DNA of 64,000 nt, from assembly GCA_021811565.1 (NCBI GenBank), contig JAJZOL010000238.1:5257-69256 (forward strand). The letters are read 5' to 3'. Made by a program: the position numbers and the translations under genes. Shown in pieces: positions 1-9,236 of this stretch. The notes beneath the pieces were generated by a model. It made no database searches. It was not told the origin of the DNA and was given only the letters and a program-made list of their open reading frames with translations. Within the stretch, counting starts at the first letter, position 1. Each line of letters begins with the position of its first letter. Source of the stretch: a bacterium (GTDB taxonomy: Bacteria; Armatimonadota; Chthonomonadetes; Chthonomonadales; CAJBBX01).

Positions 1-476
1 TCTTTTCGTTTGAACCGCCTCATCACATCCAGTTTCATGTCGAGTATGGAAACGATGTCCACAAAGGAGGAAAGCTCCTGGTAAAGGGTGGATGCCGTTT
101 TGGTTTTTGCGCGATCGCTCGGGTTTGCCAGGATATCGAAGTATTCGGGGTTCTGTATGAGGATATCGGAAAAGAATTGGCTCACCCCGCATATGGAAAA
201 AAAGATTCGAAGAGCGATGGGATGATTCAGGAGGTTGGAATAATAGGGTGCGCGATTAGTGAGAGAGTTAAACCACCTTTCAAAATTATTGAGGGCTCGA
301 TCTGGATCGGGGCTGTTTTTCATCGCCGCAAGCAGGGAGGGAAGGAGATCATCTATCATACCATCGGTGATTCCCATTCCGGGAAGGGCTTTGAGCGTTC
401 TTAAAGCCTTGGAAGGATCGGCGCACCCAATCTCACGCATTATAGTGGTCGATATGGAATCCAATGTCTCAGGCAT
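1..476 (-). CDS. glnE: GlnE-like glutamine synthetase adenylyltransferase, N-terminal part (runs off the window; not in ORF track)
   Basis: Manual translation from ATG at 476 (GGGGAAAAG upstream): MPETLDSIST...MKNSPDPDRALNNFERWF...SQFFSDILIQNPEYFDIL...LDVMRRFKRK, open to position 1. The SPDPDxALNN, SQFxxDxLxxxP and RRFKR segments match the GlnE N-terminus. Confidence 0.7.
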   Translation of the reverse strand, partial: MPETLDSISTTIMREIGCADPSKALRTLKALPGMGITDGMIDDLLPSLLAAMKNSPDPDRALNNFERWFNSLTNRAPYYSNLLNHPIALRIFFSICGVSQFFSDILIQNPEYFDILANPSDRAKTKTASTLYQELSSFVDIVSILDMKLDVMRRFKRK

Positions 477-503
477 GGTCTTTTCCCCGAAAAGCGAACA
501 TCA

Positions 504-1868
504 TTAATGTTGAGGGGTGGGTTTTTCTTCCTGGTTCTCCGCCTTGCGTGCTCGAATCACAATAGGGGTGCCATCCAAGGGATATGTCTGTCTTAATCGA
601 TTTTCCAGATATCTATAATATGAAAAGTGAATCATATCCGGATCGTTAACGAACAGCAAAACCGTGGGCGGCTGGACGCGAGGCATCGTGGCGTAGTATA
701 TTTTAAGTTGCTTGCCATGTACAAAGCGAGGATGCGCCTCGACGGCATCCTTGATCAGACGGTTCAACTCTCCCGTTGGGATGCGATGGGCGAAATTTTC
801 CGCCGATGTAATCGTGGTGTCCAACACTTCTGTGATGCTAAATCCGAATTGAGCCGATGAAAAGACTATCGGTGCGTAAGCGAGAAACGGCATTTCGTCG
901 CGTATGGTTTTGGTGAATTCCAGCATTAACCCCCGTTTGGGAGGTCTTCCCATCGCCACCCCTGTGTCCACCAGATCCCACTTGTTGACTATGATCACCG
1001 CAGCTCTTTCGGCTTCCTGGGATAATCCTGCCACTCGTTTGTCGCCATCGGTAAGTCCTTGTCCTGCGTCAATGAGTATGGCGCAGACGTTGCAACGGTC
1101 AATCGCTGTTTTCGCTCGGAGCACTGTGTAATATTCAACGCTCCCCTGTATTTTGCCAGCTCGACGGATGCCCGCCGTATCCACTAGCAGGATGTCCTTG
1201 CCATCGCGGGTGATGCGGGTGTCAATTGCGTCGCGGGTCGTTCCCGGGATGGGGCTTACAATAACTCTCTCCTCTCCTAATACCGCATTAACGAACGAGG
1301 ATTTTCCGACATTGGGTTTGCCAATAAAAGCCAAACGAACCAGCGCTTCGTCCTCATCACCTTCCATGGATTCGGGGAGTGCCTTCAAAAGATCATCAAG
1401 GAGGTCGCCGATACCGTGTCCATGCACGGATGAAACCGTGTACAGGTCTCCCATGCCGAGGCGGTAAAAATCCACTGCGTCCTGACCTTGACGATTATTG
1501 TCAACCTTGTTGACTACAAGGAATGTCGGGGTCTTGGAATTTCTCAAGGTGTTCGCAAGTTCCTGATCCGCAGTGGTTAAACCATCCACTCCGTCGCACA
1601 TAAATAAAATGGCGTCCGCTTCATCCATTGCGATTTCAGCCTGTTGTTTCACTTGCACAGTAAGGGGGTCTTCTTCGTTGAGGATGATGCCTCCGGTATC
1701 TATGAGAGTGAATTGTTTTCCTCTCCATTCGACTGGTGCGTAAAGGCGATCGCGAGTGATACCTGGTGTATCCTCAACGATTGCGATTCTCTTTCCCGTT
1801 AATCGGTTGAAAAATGTGGATTTCCCTACGTTGGGGCGTCCAACCACGGCTACTAACGGCTTAGACAT
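504..1868 (-). CDS. der: Ribosome biogenesis GTPase Der (EngA)
   Basis: Two tandem G domains (GRPNVGKST, DTPGITRD, DTGG; GKPNVGKSS, DTAG, NKWD) and a C-terminal KH-like domain. Confidence 0.98.
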   Translation of the reverse strand: MSKPLVAVVGRPNVGKSTFFNRLTGKRIAIVEDTPGITRDRLYAPVEWRGKQFTLIDTGGIILNEEDPLTVQVKQQAEIAMDEADAILFMCDGVDGLTTADQELANTLRNSKTPTFLVVNKVDNNRQGQDAVDFYRLGMGDLYTVSSVHGHGIGDLLDDLLKALPESMEGDEDEALVRLAFIGKPNVGKSSFVNAVLGEERVIVSPIPGTTRDAIDTRITRDGKDILLVDTAGIRRAGKIQGSVEYYTVLRAKTAIDRCNVCAILIDAGQGLTDGDKRVAGLSQEAERAAVIIVNKWDLVDTGVAMGRPPKRGLMLEFTKTIRDEMPFLAYAPIVFSSAQFGFSITEVLDTTITSAENFAHRIPTGELNRLIKDAVEAHPRFVHGKQLKIYYATMPRVQPPTVLLFVNDPDMIHFSYYRYLENRLRQTYPLDGTPIVIRARKAENQEEKPTPQH

Positions 1869-1987
1869 TCAATCATTCCTCCATCCTATGGAATTAGGAT
1901 AGCACAGTTTAGCCTGCATGGCAAATCCACCGATGATTGAACCGAATATTCAAGTTCTACGGAAAATGGAGATTTGATCACTGTTAA

Positions 1988-3238
1988 TCAATATGAAACA
2001 GCGTAATACATGATTTCCGAGTCTGGAAAGTAGTGGAGGAGAATTTGACGATAGTTCATATTATATGGTGGTGACGCCATTCCCATTGCGCCATCCTGAC
2101 ACAGACCCCTTCCGTGCCCCCAACCTTTACCATCAAATGAGATTTGCCCGTCTGGTTGCGCGTTGATTGTGAAAAGAGTGGATCTCAAACGATCGAACCC
2201 CAGCATGGCGCGGAATTGCACCGCTTTGACGATATCTTCGCCCTTGTCTCCTATTAACAAAAGGTGCAATACGCGACCGGATATGTCATGATCCAGTGCA
2301 GTGATCTCTTTCAGATTTCCAACATTGTTGAGAATGTCTTCCGGCAGTGCGCGTTGAATATCCGATAGGTTTAACGACAAAGACCACTTGTGATATTTGC
2401 CATTCGTGCAATAGTCAGTGGAGGAGCCAGGGGGAGCGTCCACGACGGATGGGGGATAATCCTGCGGACCATTGCCAGGTGCTGTGATACCACCGCAATC
2501 CGCGTAATAGTCTGCAGGTACCAACTTGCCATCATGAAAAAGAACCATTCCCAGTGTGGATTCAACCGCTATATCCGATCTGGGATTATCCACATCCGCA
2601 CCTCCGTAAGCCTGGTATTGCGTGGTGTCTGTGACGTCATAGGGATAGTCGTGTGATTTCAGGCAAGTCAATGTGTAGGTTCTGGCAGTGATTGCCTGAG
2701 CTTTCAAAGCCTCCATCGGCGCGTCCGCCCCCATTTCAACAGGCAACACACCGCGCAAGTAGGTTTCCATTGGAAGTTCGTTCACGATCAGGATGCCATT
2801 ATCACCGTCAAGCGCCCATGTGGAAAGCCTGATGTCCCCTTGATAATCCGCACCGGGATAGGTTGCCAGCGATATCCTTATGGTATCCTGCGGTGAACCG
2901 GGAGTGAAAACTACGCTATCGCAGTTTATTGTCTCCATGCCTTGCAATCCGGAAACATGCAATTGATGATTTTGAAGGCTAACGTGTACGTCACTCTCCT
3001 CTTGCACTGCGATTGGAGTGGGGGATATGGATGTGGATAGCTCCGAATTTGCAGGAATCCTTACAAAAAGGTCGTTCGGATGACTGAAATGGCGGATTAA
3101 TGCAACCCTGATAATAGGATTTGCCGGAGCGGGTGGTTTCTGCAATCCATATGAGGATAGCGGGATCATGGATGATCCCGCTATTAAAATGAACAAAAAA
3201 ACGACATGTTTCATTCGGATCAATATATGCATCCTCAT
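1988..3238 (-). CDS. SpoIID/LytB-family peptidoglycan lytic transglycosylase, exported
   Basis: N-terminal hydrophobic signal; VNELPMETYLRGVLPVEM, EALKAQAITARTY, YQAYGG, GKGWGHGRGLCQDGA and ILLHYFP motifs. Confidence 0.92.
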   Translation of the reverse strand: MRMHILIRMKHVVFLFILIAGSSMIPLSSYGLQKPPAPANPIIRVALIRHFSHPNDLFVRIPANSELSTSISPTPIAVQEESDVHVSLQNHQLHVSGLQGMETINCDSVVFTPGSPQDTIRISLATYPGADYQGDIRLSTWALDGDNGILIVNELPMETYLRGVLPVEMGADAPMEALKAQAITARTYTLTCLKSHDYPYDVTDTTQYQAYGGADVDNPRSDIAVESTLGMVLFHDGKLVPADYYADCGGITAPGNGPQDYPPSVVDAPPGSSTDYCTNGKYHKWSLSLNLSDIQRALPEDILNNVGNLKEITALDHDISGRVLHLLLIGDKGEDIVKAVQFRAMLGFDRLRSTLFTINAQPDGQISFDGKGWGHGRGLCQDGAMGMASPPYNMNYRQILLHYFPDSEIMYYAVSY

Positions 3239-3250
3239 TCTAACTGAAGT

Positions 3251-6196
3251 CTATTTCTTATCCGTTGTTGTCGGAGTAAGGGATGGAAACTGTTTCGGAA
3301 GGTTCGGGAACTCTTTGACAACTCCCTTTGAGCTATCCTTCGTCATCATATCCACATCCATATCGGTTTCCACGATATGAGGAACCATGAAGATCATCAA
3401 CTCTGTCTTTTGCTTATCCGTGCTCGTAGATTGGAACAAACTTCCTATGAGCGGGAGATCCCCGAGAATCGGAACTTTGTTCACCGTCTTGGATTCAGTG
3501 GTGCTCATCATACCTCCAAGCGCCACCAATTCGTTGTTTCGCACCGCCACGCTGGTGTACGCAGTGCGTTCAGCGGTTTCCGGAGCTTGAATGGTTGCCG
3601 GAGCGCCGCTAGAATTTAGCCCGGAGGAAAGGTTGATATATCCAAGTAACTCGCTGGTAGTGGAAGCGACATCAATTGTGACAAGTCCGTTGCTTGCGAT
3701 GTGAGGGTCAACTTCCAATTGCACGCCAACGGGCAGGAAAGAGTAATTCACATTCGACCCGCCGGTATTCAGTATACCACCGGAGTAGGAGCTAGTCACA
3801 TAAGGCACATCGGTTGTAATCTGAATTTCAGCCGTTTGATTATTAGCGGTGAATATTTTTGGCGTCGATATGATATGCACCTTTTGGTCAGTTTTCAAAG
3901 CCTGCAGCAAAGCATCGAAATTGCCGTTTAAAGCGGACAATCCGTATTGGAAACCAGGTGTCATGGGTGAACCTGTATTGGATGAATAGGTTCCTCCGGA
4001 TATGGAGAAGTTGCTAGACCCGCCGTGATTCACCTCCGTGCCGAGGAATTTACCAATACCGTGTGCATCGAACTGGAATCCGAGCTTTTCAGCGGCGTCC
4101 AAGGAGGCTTCCGCGATAATCACCTCAATCATCACCTGCTTAGGCGCAACGTCGAGTTTCGCGACAATCTCTTTGACGGCGGCGATTGCGTCGGGGGTGC
4201 CATTCACGATGAGTGAGTTTGTAGTGGTATCCGGTATGATACTCACGTTATTACTCAGGTCTATCAATCCAGTGTACTCCCCGGTTTGTCCCCGTCCCCA
4301 TTGAATACCGGCGGTGGTATTATTCGTGCCGCTTCGATTAAATGAGTTCATCATATTTCTGATGAACGGACCTTGTCGCGAAAGGTTGTTGTTTGGAGCG
4401 TTCGGGTCAGTTGTCGTATCCGGAACGAAACCGTGGTTTGTAAGCACCCCAGGGATACCTTGATCGTTTGTGGTGGGATCATTGGAGGAGATAGTCGAAC
4501 CATTTGCCGATGAGACGCCTCTGCCGATGCCTACGGAACGTCCCATGGTGTTGGTGTTCAATCCGAAGCTTGAATTCCGATTTGTGCTCGACCCGAAAGT
4601 TGAACTGTTAAACATACTCGAAGTGGTGAGGTTATTAAGATTGACGTTGGCGCCGAAAGCCGTGTTCAGCATGCTCGCAATATTCGACGCTTGGACATTT
4701 TGCAAAGCAATCACCGCCGTAGTCGCCTGGGCGGGAACATCGACGTCAAGCTCTTTGATGATCGCATCTATCTTCTGCATTCTGTCAGCATTGGCTGTGA
4801 TGATCAACGAATTGGTGCGCGCATCCGCGACCACATTTGAAAACTGATCTCCTTGCCCCTGAGTTAGACGGCTGGCAATGAGTCCGAAAAACCCGCCTCT
4901 TCCTGCGTTGTTGCTTGTTGAATTGGAAGTAACCGCTTCGTTGATAATGCTTGCCGCATCGGTGGCGTCCGCGTATTTCAACTTTACAATCTTGGTGGAC
5001 ATGGGACCATTTGTGTTCTCATCCAACTGATTGATCAATGCGGTAACTTTTTCCATGTTGTCCTTGGTCGCGAGAACAATGACGGAATTAGTATTGGTGT
5101 CCGCAATGCTTGTAAAGGAGCCATGAAGTCGATTTTCCTGTTGAAAGCCCGGGCGTCCCGGTTGGGGTTGGGCAGTCTGAACGGGGTTTCCACTATTGTA
5201 CATCTGCTGGAAGACTTGATTTAGGATGCTACTGACTTCCGTAGCGTCAGAGTTTTTTAGAGTAAACACCTTAATTTCATTGCTACTCGCTGTTTTATCC
5301 AGCAGTGTGACGAGTTGGCTAATTCGTTCCACGTTGGAGGCGATATCCGTGACAATTAGGGAATTTGTTCCGGAGCTTGCGGTTAAACTCGCCCCTACGT
5401 TTATTACGGGCTGAAGCTCTTTCGCCAGCGTGGCGGCGTCCGCGTTTTGAATAGGAATGACGAGAGTTACAACTTGATCGGATAGATCGCTTAAATTAGT
5501 CGTATTTGTTTGCAACAGCGTGGTGCTCTGAACCGCACGCGCGAGGGGGACAATCTTCAAAATGACATTATTTCCGGTGTTGTCGAATTGCCCAATGAAC
5601 CCTCTCACCTGTAGCGTGGATTGAAGCACTTGGAACGCCTGGTCAATACTCAACGGGTGAGGGCAGATAATTGTAACCGTTCCCGATAAGCTAGGATCCG
5701 GGATGATCTGCCAGTTCGTCGCCATTGCGAAAAACTTCAAAACATTGTTAATGTCTGCGTTCCTGAAATCCATCGTCACCGTGCCGCTGAGGTTGGAGGG
5801 GATGTTATTCGGCGGAACGACCGTGCCTGCAGTGTTCTGAGAACCCTGATTGCCGGATCCCGGAGGTGGTACGGTGGCAGGTTGTTGGGGAGGCTGCGAA
5901 CCGGCACCCGTTTGCCCTCCAGGTGGATTGGTCGCTGGATTGGGAGTGGTAGGGGCGGGTTGCGTTACGCCGCCTTGTTGTCCCGCTGGCGGCTTTGGTG
6001 CGGGTGGATTTGGCGTTGGAGTGGTTTGAGCGTACCCTAAGGCGAGCAAACCCAGCAAGCATATTAGGGGCGGTATGAATCGAAGCCCCAGCCGCAGTCC
6101 CCTCATCCACAACATGGGCAAGCGTATTGGATTTGTAGTTATTAACTTTCTCTTCATGCTAGATTTGTCATCCTTCCGCCGAAATATTAAGATCAC
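3251..6196 (-). CDS. gspD: Type II secretion system secretin GspD
   Basis: Signal peptide, P/Q/T-rich linker, N0 (MDFRNADINNVL), Secretin_N repeats, secretin core (QVMIEVIIAE, STPKIFT, KVPILGDLPLIGSLF, ELMIFMVPHIV). Start is uncertain (GTG 6196 or a downstream ATG). Confidence 0.95.
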   Translation of the reverse strand: MILIFRRKDDKSSMKRKLITTNPIRLPMLWMRGLRLGLRFIPPLICLLGLLALGYAQTTPTPNPPAPKPPAGQQGGVTQPAPTTPNPATNPPGGQTGAGSQPPQQPATVPPPGSGNQGSQNTAGTVVPPNNIPSNLSGTVTMDFRNADINNVLKFFAMATNWQIIPDPSLSGTVTIICPHPLSIDQAFQVLQSTLQVRGFIGQFDNTGNNVILKIVPLARAVQSTTLLQTNTTNLSDLSDQVVTLVIPIQNADAATLAKELQPVINVGASLTASSGTNSLIVTDIASNVERISQLVTLLDKTASSNEIKVFTLKNSDATEVSSILNQVFQQMYNSGNPVQTAQPQPGRPGFQQENRLHGSFTSIADTNTNSVIVLATKDNMEKVTALINQLDENTNGPMSTKIVKLKYADATDAASIINEAVTSNSTSNNAGRGGFFGLIASRLTQGQGDQFSNVVADARTNSLIITANADRMQKIDAIIKELDVDVPAQATTAVIALQNVQASNIASMLNTAFGANVNLNNLTTSSMFNSSTFGSSTNRNSSFGLNTNTMGRSVGIGRGVSSANGSTISSNDPTTNDQGIPGVLTNHGFVPDTTTDPNAPNNNLSRQGPFIRNMMNSFNRSGTNNTTAGIQWGRGQTGEYTGLIDLSNNVSIIPDTTTNSLIVNGTPDAIAAVKEIVAKLDVAPKQVMIEVIIAEASLDAAEKLGFQFDAHGIGKFLGTEVNHGGSSNFSISGGTYSSNTGSPMTPGFQYGLSALNGNFDALLQALKTDQKVHIISTPKIFTANNQTAEIQITTDVPYVTSSYSGGILNTGGSNVNYSFLPVGVQLEVDPHIASNGLVTIDVASTTSELLGYINLSSGLNSSGAPATIQAPETAERTAYTSVAVRNNELVALGGMMSTTESKTVNKVPILGDLPLIGSLFQSTSTDKQKTELMIFMVPHIVETDMDVDMMTKDSSKGVVKEFPNLPKQFPSLTPTTTDKK

Positions 6197-6242
6197 GTCT
6201 GTTTATCCTTGATTGTAAGGGCACATTGAACCTCAGCGATTT

Positions 6243-6989
6243 TTAACCGCCAAAACCACCTGGAGGGGGCGGGAAACCTCCGGGTCCGCCTTGAAAGCGT
6301 CCTCGGAAACGTCCGCGAAATTGCTGGAAAAAATTCGCACGATTGAAGTTCTGGTTATCATTGTTATTGTCCGTCTCGGTCTTGTTATCCGTCTTCCCTT
6401 TTTCAGGCGTGGCTTCGGTCTGCTTTGGCATTACCGCGTCCTTGTCCAATGGAACTAGTTTGAAGTTGTCGGTTTTATCCATGGTGCGAGGTTTTCCGGC
6501 GATCGTCAACGTGATAGAAGAGTCGGTAATGGATTTCACGCTTCCCCCTAGGAAGGTATCCCCGCATTTCAGATATTGCCCGTCATTGGTTTTTTTATTC
6601 TCAACAAGGGCGAGCGTTTGTCCATCGAATGTAACCGTTCCGGTGTAGCTGTAATCACCTAGCGGATCAACCACAACGGGAGCGGAATTCACAGGGGGCA
6701 ACTGCGTCGCTGTCGTAGATACGGGAGCGGTTTCATTAGCTGGATTTGTGAAAAGGTTCCCGCTCACACCGGTTTGATAATAGGCGAGTGAAGGACGTTG
6801 TGTTGCCACCAAGTTCTGTTTTTGAGTGGAATTTGCACTCGCCACGGAATTCGCCTTTACGTTGGAACGGGTGCTTTCCGGTTTGCGCGTGGAGGCGTAA
6901 ACAATAGCCAATAGAGCCACAATCGCAACAACCAAAAATACCATCACGTTGATATTCCGTCTGTTTTTTCTTGTTTTCATATCTTCCAC
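6243..6989 (-). CDS. GspC/PilP-like bitopic T2SS protein
   Basis: N-terminal TM helix, linker, and an HR-like beta domain (YSYTGTV..LALVE..GQYLKCGD); lies directly upstream of gspD. Confidence 0.6.
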   Translation of the reverse strand: MEDMKTRKNRRNINVMVFLVVAIVALLAIVYASTRKPESTRSNVKANSVASANSTQKQNLVATQRPSLAYYQTGVSGNLFTNPANETAPVSTTATQLPPVNSAPVVVDPLGDYSYTGTVTFDGQTLALVENKKTNDGQYLKCGDTFLGGSVKSITDSSITLTIAGKPRTMDKTDNFKLVPLDKDAVMPKQTEATPEKGKTDNKTETDNNNDNQNFNRANFFQQFRGRFRGRFQGGPGGFPPPPGGFGG

Positions 6990-7021
6990 CTATTCCGCTT
7001 TCTATTCCACATGCATGATCG

Positions 7022-7555
7022 CTACTGGGTTTGGGTGTATGCGGCGATCTGCGCATTCATGTCCACTACGTTAGCATTTGTGCCAGAGGAGGATATGTCC
7101 ACTCTATCCACCACCATCTTGCTCGAGGGATCCTCCAAATAATACAGGAAGGCGATTGCCTTGTCGAAGGGGCATTCGCATCGGATACTGATCGGGATCA
7201 TTGCCAATTTATCATTTTGAATGGTGCGCAAAGGACGTATCTCAATCAAGTGAACCCCACCCTTAACGGATTGCTTCTGGAGGCTGTCTATGAGTTGAGG
7301 GATCAGTGCATCCGGATTGGAATGGAAAGTCCATTCGCTCAGCTTTTGCTTCATCCGCTTTCCATCCACAATCATCTCCTTATTTTGCTCCACCGCTTGC
7401 TGGTATTTTTGACGTGCAACATTGGCGGGTAATAACGCTTTGGTCAATCCCGACGTTGGCGTGAACATGAACGGTACCGAGGTGATAATGGATAACACCG
7501 CCATGACTATTAACCAACGCTCTCTTTTGTTGCGCGCTTCCCAAAACTCTTTCAT
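7022..7555 (-). CDS. GspM/PilO-like inner-membrane platform protein
   Basis: RERWL followed by a TM helix, a coiled coil and a ferredoxin-like fold (FLYYLE...VVDRVDIS); overlaps the upstream gene by 4 nt. Confidence 0.75.
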   Translation of the reverse strand: MKEFWEARNKRERWLIVMAVLSIITSVPFMFTPTSGLTKALLPANVARQKYQQAVEQNKEMIVDGKRMKQKLSEWTFHSNPDALIPQLIDSLQKQSVKGGVHLIEIRPLRTIQNDKLAMIPISIRCECPFDKAIAFLYYLEDPSSKMVVDRVDISSSGTNANVVDMNAQIAAYTQTQ

Positions 7556-9222
7556 TCCATATTTCCTTTGGCCGTTAGAAGAGTATGCTTGACAAAAACC
7601 GATTTGCTATCCATGACATATCGAGATGTGGACGATCCCACATCTCGAACCTGACAGGTAATCAGGAAATTAGTTTGCGTTGGACCAGAGGAACCATTCA
7701 ATGCGGGGTCCTGACCTACGGGTGTTCCGGATTTGCCCAGAGGCGCCAAAGGTGTCGTTTTTTTTACGATTGGCGCATTCATACCACTGTTCTGTGAATC
7801 TCCTAAATAACCGATATGTATTTCGCTGAATAAGCCGCATTGCTCCAAGGACTGAGCATACTTTGTAGCGTCCAGCGGAGTGTTCGCATTGCCTCTCAAG
7901 GTAATAATCCCACCCGCACCGTAAGATAGGCGAGTCAGGTATAACGTTTGATGGTTAGGCACTGCGTCCCCGACAGCTTTGATGATGCTAACCATGTCCG
8001 GACGGGATACCGCGCTGGAATTCAGGCTTGTTATCATTTTTTGAAGGATGTCGTTATCCTCCTTTAACTCCTTGATTCTCTTGTTAGCCTGATCCAAGCT
8101 CAAATTCCAGCGTACAGCCTCTTTTCTCTGTGCGTTCTCGGTGGAGATAAACTGTGTCACTAACCAAACTAATGCGATAACCGCAATCGCCCCGAGAGCC
8201 ATCAAGGCGGTGCGATTCATCTTCCTCTTTTGCAGTTCTCGCTTATCCTGGTGCGTGGGTGGGATAAGGTTTATTGGATGAGATTTGCGTAAAGCCTCTC
8301 CGACGCAGAGCCCAATGCACACCGCATAGTCCAACGTATCCGGATTTGCGGCGGGAAAAAGATTGCCGTCCAGATTTTTGAATGCGATGCTGAAAATATC
8401 GTTAAGCTGTGAAAGCAACACGGAATAAAAACGGTGCTCTCCGCAAACGGAGAGTTCTTTTATCTCCACATCCCGGCGCTCATTTTGAAACGCAGCGAGT
8501 GTGCGCGCCAACTCATCGGATATAGGTCCGATATCCGTGTCGTTATTGGATTGTTCATGATAAATCGCGGAGCGAGTGAAAATCGCATTCCCGTTTTCGA
8601 TCACAGTCAATCCTAGTTCTCCAGGCTCCAACTGAAGAATGGCGCGGTGCTCCTCCTCCTGACCGGGAATATCCACCAAAGCAAGCGACGAAATGGATAA
8701 CCTTCGCACGGAGATGTTGACCTTGTCAAAAATACGCAGAAAATCAATTACCGTTTGGGTTCGAGCGGCTGCGATCATCACGGTGGTCATATCATTTTTC
8801 ACGGAAGGGAAGGACTGATGTGAAATGACCACTTCTTCAATGGGGAATGGAATATATTGTTGAGCTTCAAACTGCACCAGCCCCTCGATCTGCTCCTCGC
8901 TAGCTTTCGGCAGATTGGCGAATTTCAAGGTCACCAATCGTCTCGGAATTGCCACCACCACACGATTGGCGGATATCCCCGCTCCGCTCATGGCGGTTTT
9001 CAACGCTTGGCTGAAATCATCCACGTGCGCGGGAAGGTCATCCCAGAAGGAGATAGGATATGGCGACGCGCCGTGTTTGATCACTCTGCAGGTGTCACCA
9101 TGAAATTCCACCTCAGCCACTTTAACCGCTCCAACTCCGAACTCCACTCCCACATACCGTTTTGAGTGAGCGGGCAAATTCGACTTGGACCTATTTTGTT
9201 TTGACAGACCGATTGATATCAT
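7552..9222 (-). CDS. GspL-equivalent PilM-like actin-fold domain fused to a PilN-like TM/periplasmic domain
   Basis: VGVEFGVGAVKVAE, FEAQQYIPFPIEEV, INLIP followed by a TM helix, then a PilN-like YLTRLSY..ITLRGNA segment. Confidence 0.8.
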   Translation of the reverse strand: MISIGLSKQNRSKSNLPAHSKRYVGVEFGVGAVKVAEVEFHGDTCRVIKHGASPYPISFWDDLPAHVDDFSQALKTAMSGAGISANRVVVAIPRRLVTLKFANLPKASEEQIEGLVQFEAQQYIPFPIEEVVISHQSFPSVKNDMTTVMIAAARTQTVIDFLRIFDKVNISVRRLSISSLALVDIPGQEEEHRAILQLEPGELGLTVIENGNAIFTRSAIYHEQSNNDTDIGPISDELARTLAAFQNERRDVEIKELSVCGEHRFYSVLLSQLNDIFSIAFKNLDGNLFPAANPDTLDYAVCIGLCVGEALRKSHPINLIPPTHQDKRELQKRKMNRTALMALGAIAVIALVWLVTQFISTENAQRKEAVRWNLSLDQANKRIKELKEDNDILQKMITSLNSSAVSRPDMVSIIKAVGDAVPNHQTLYLTRLSYGAGGIITLRGNANTPLDATKYAQSLEQCGLFSEIHIGYLGDSQNSGMNAPIVKKTTPLAPLGKSGTPVGQDPALNGSSGPTQTNFLITCQVRDVGSSTSRYVMDSKSVFVKHTLLTAKGNME

Positions 9223-9236
9223 CTATTGGTAACACC

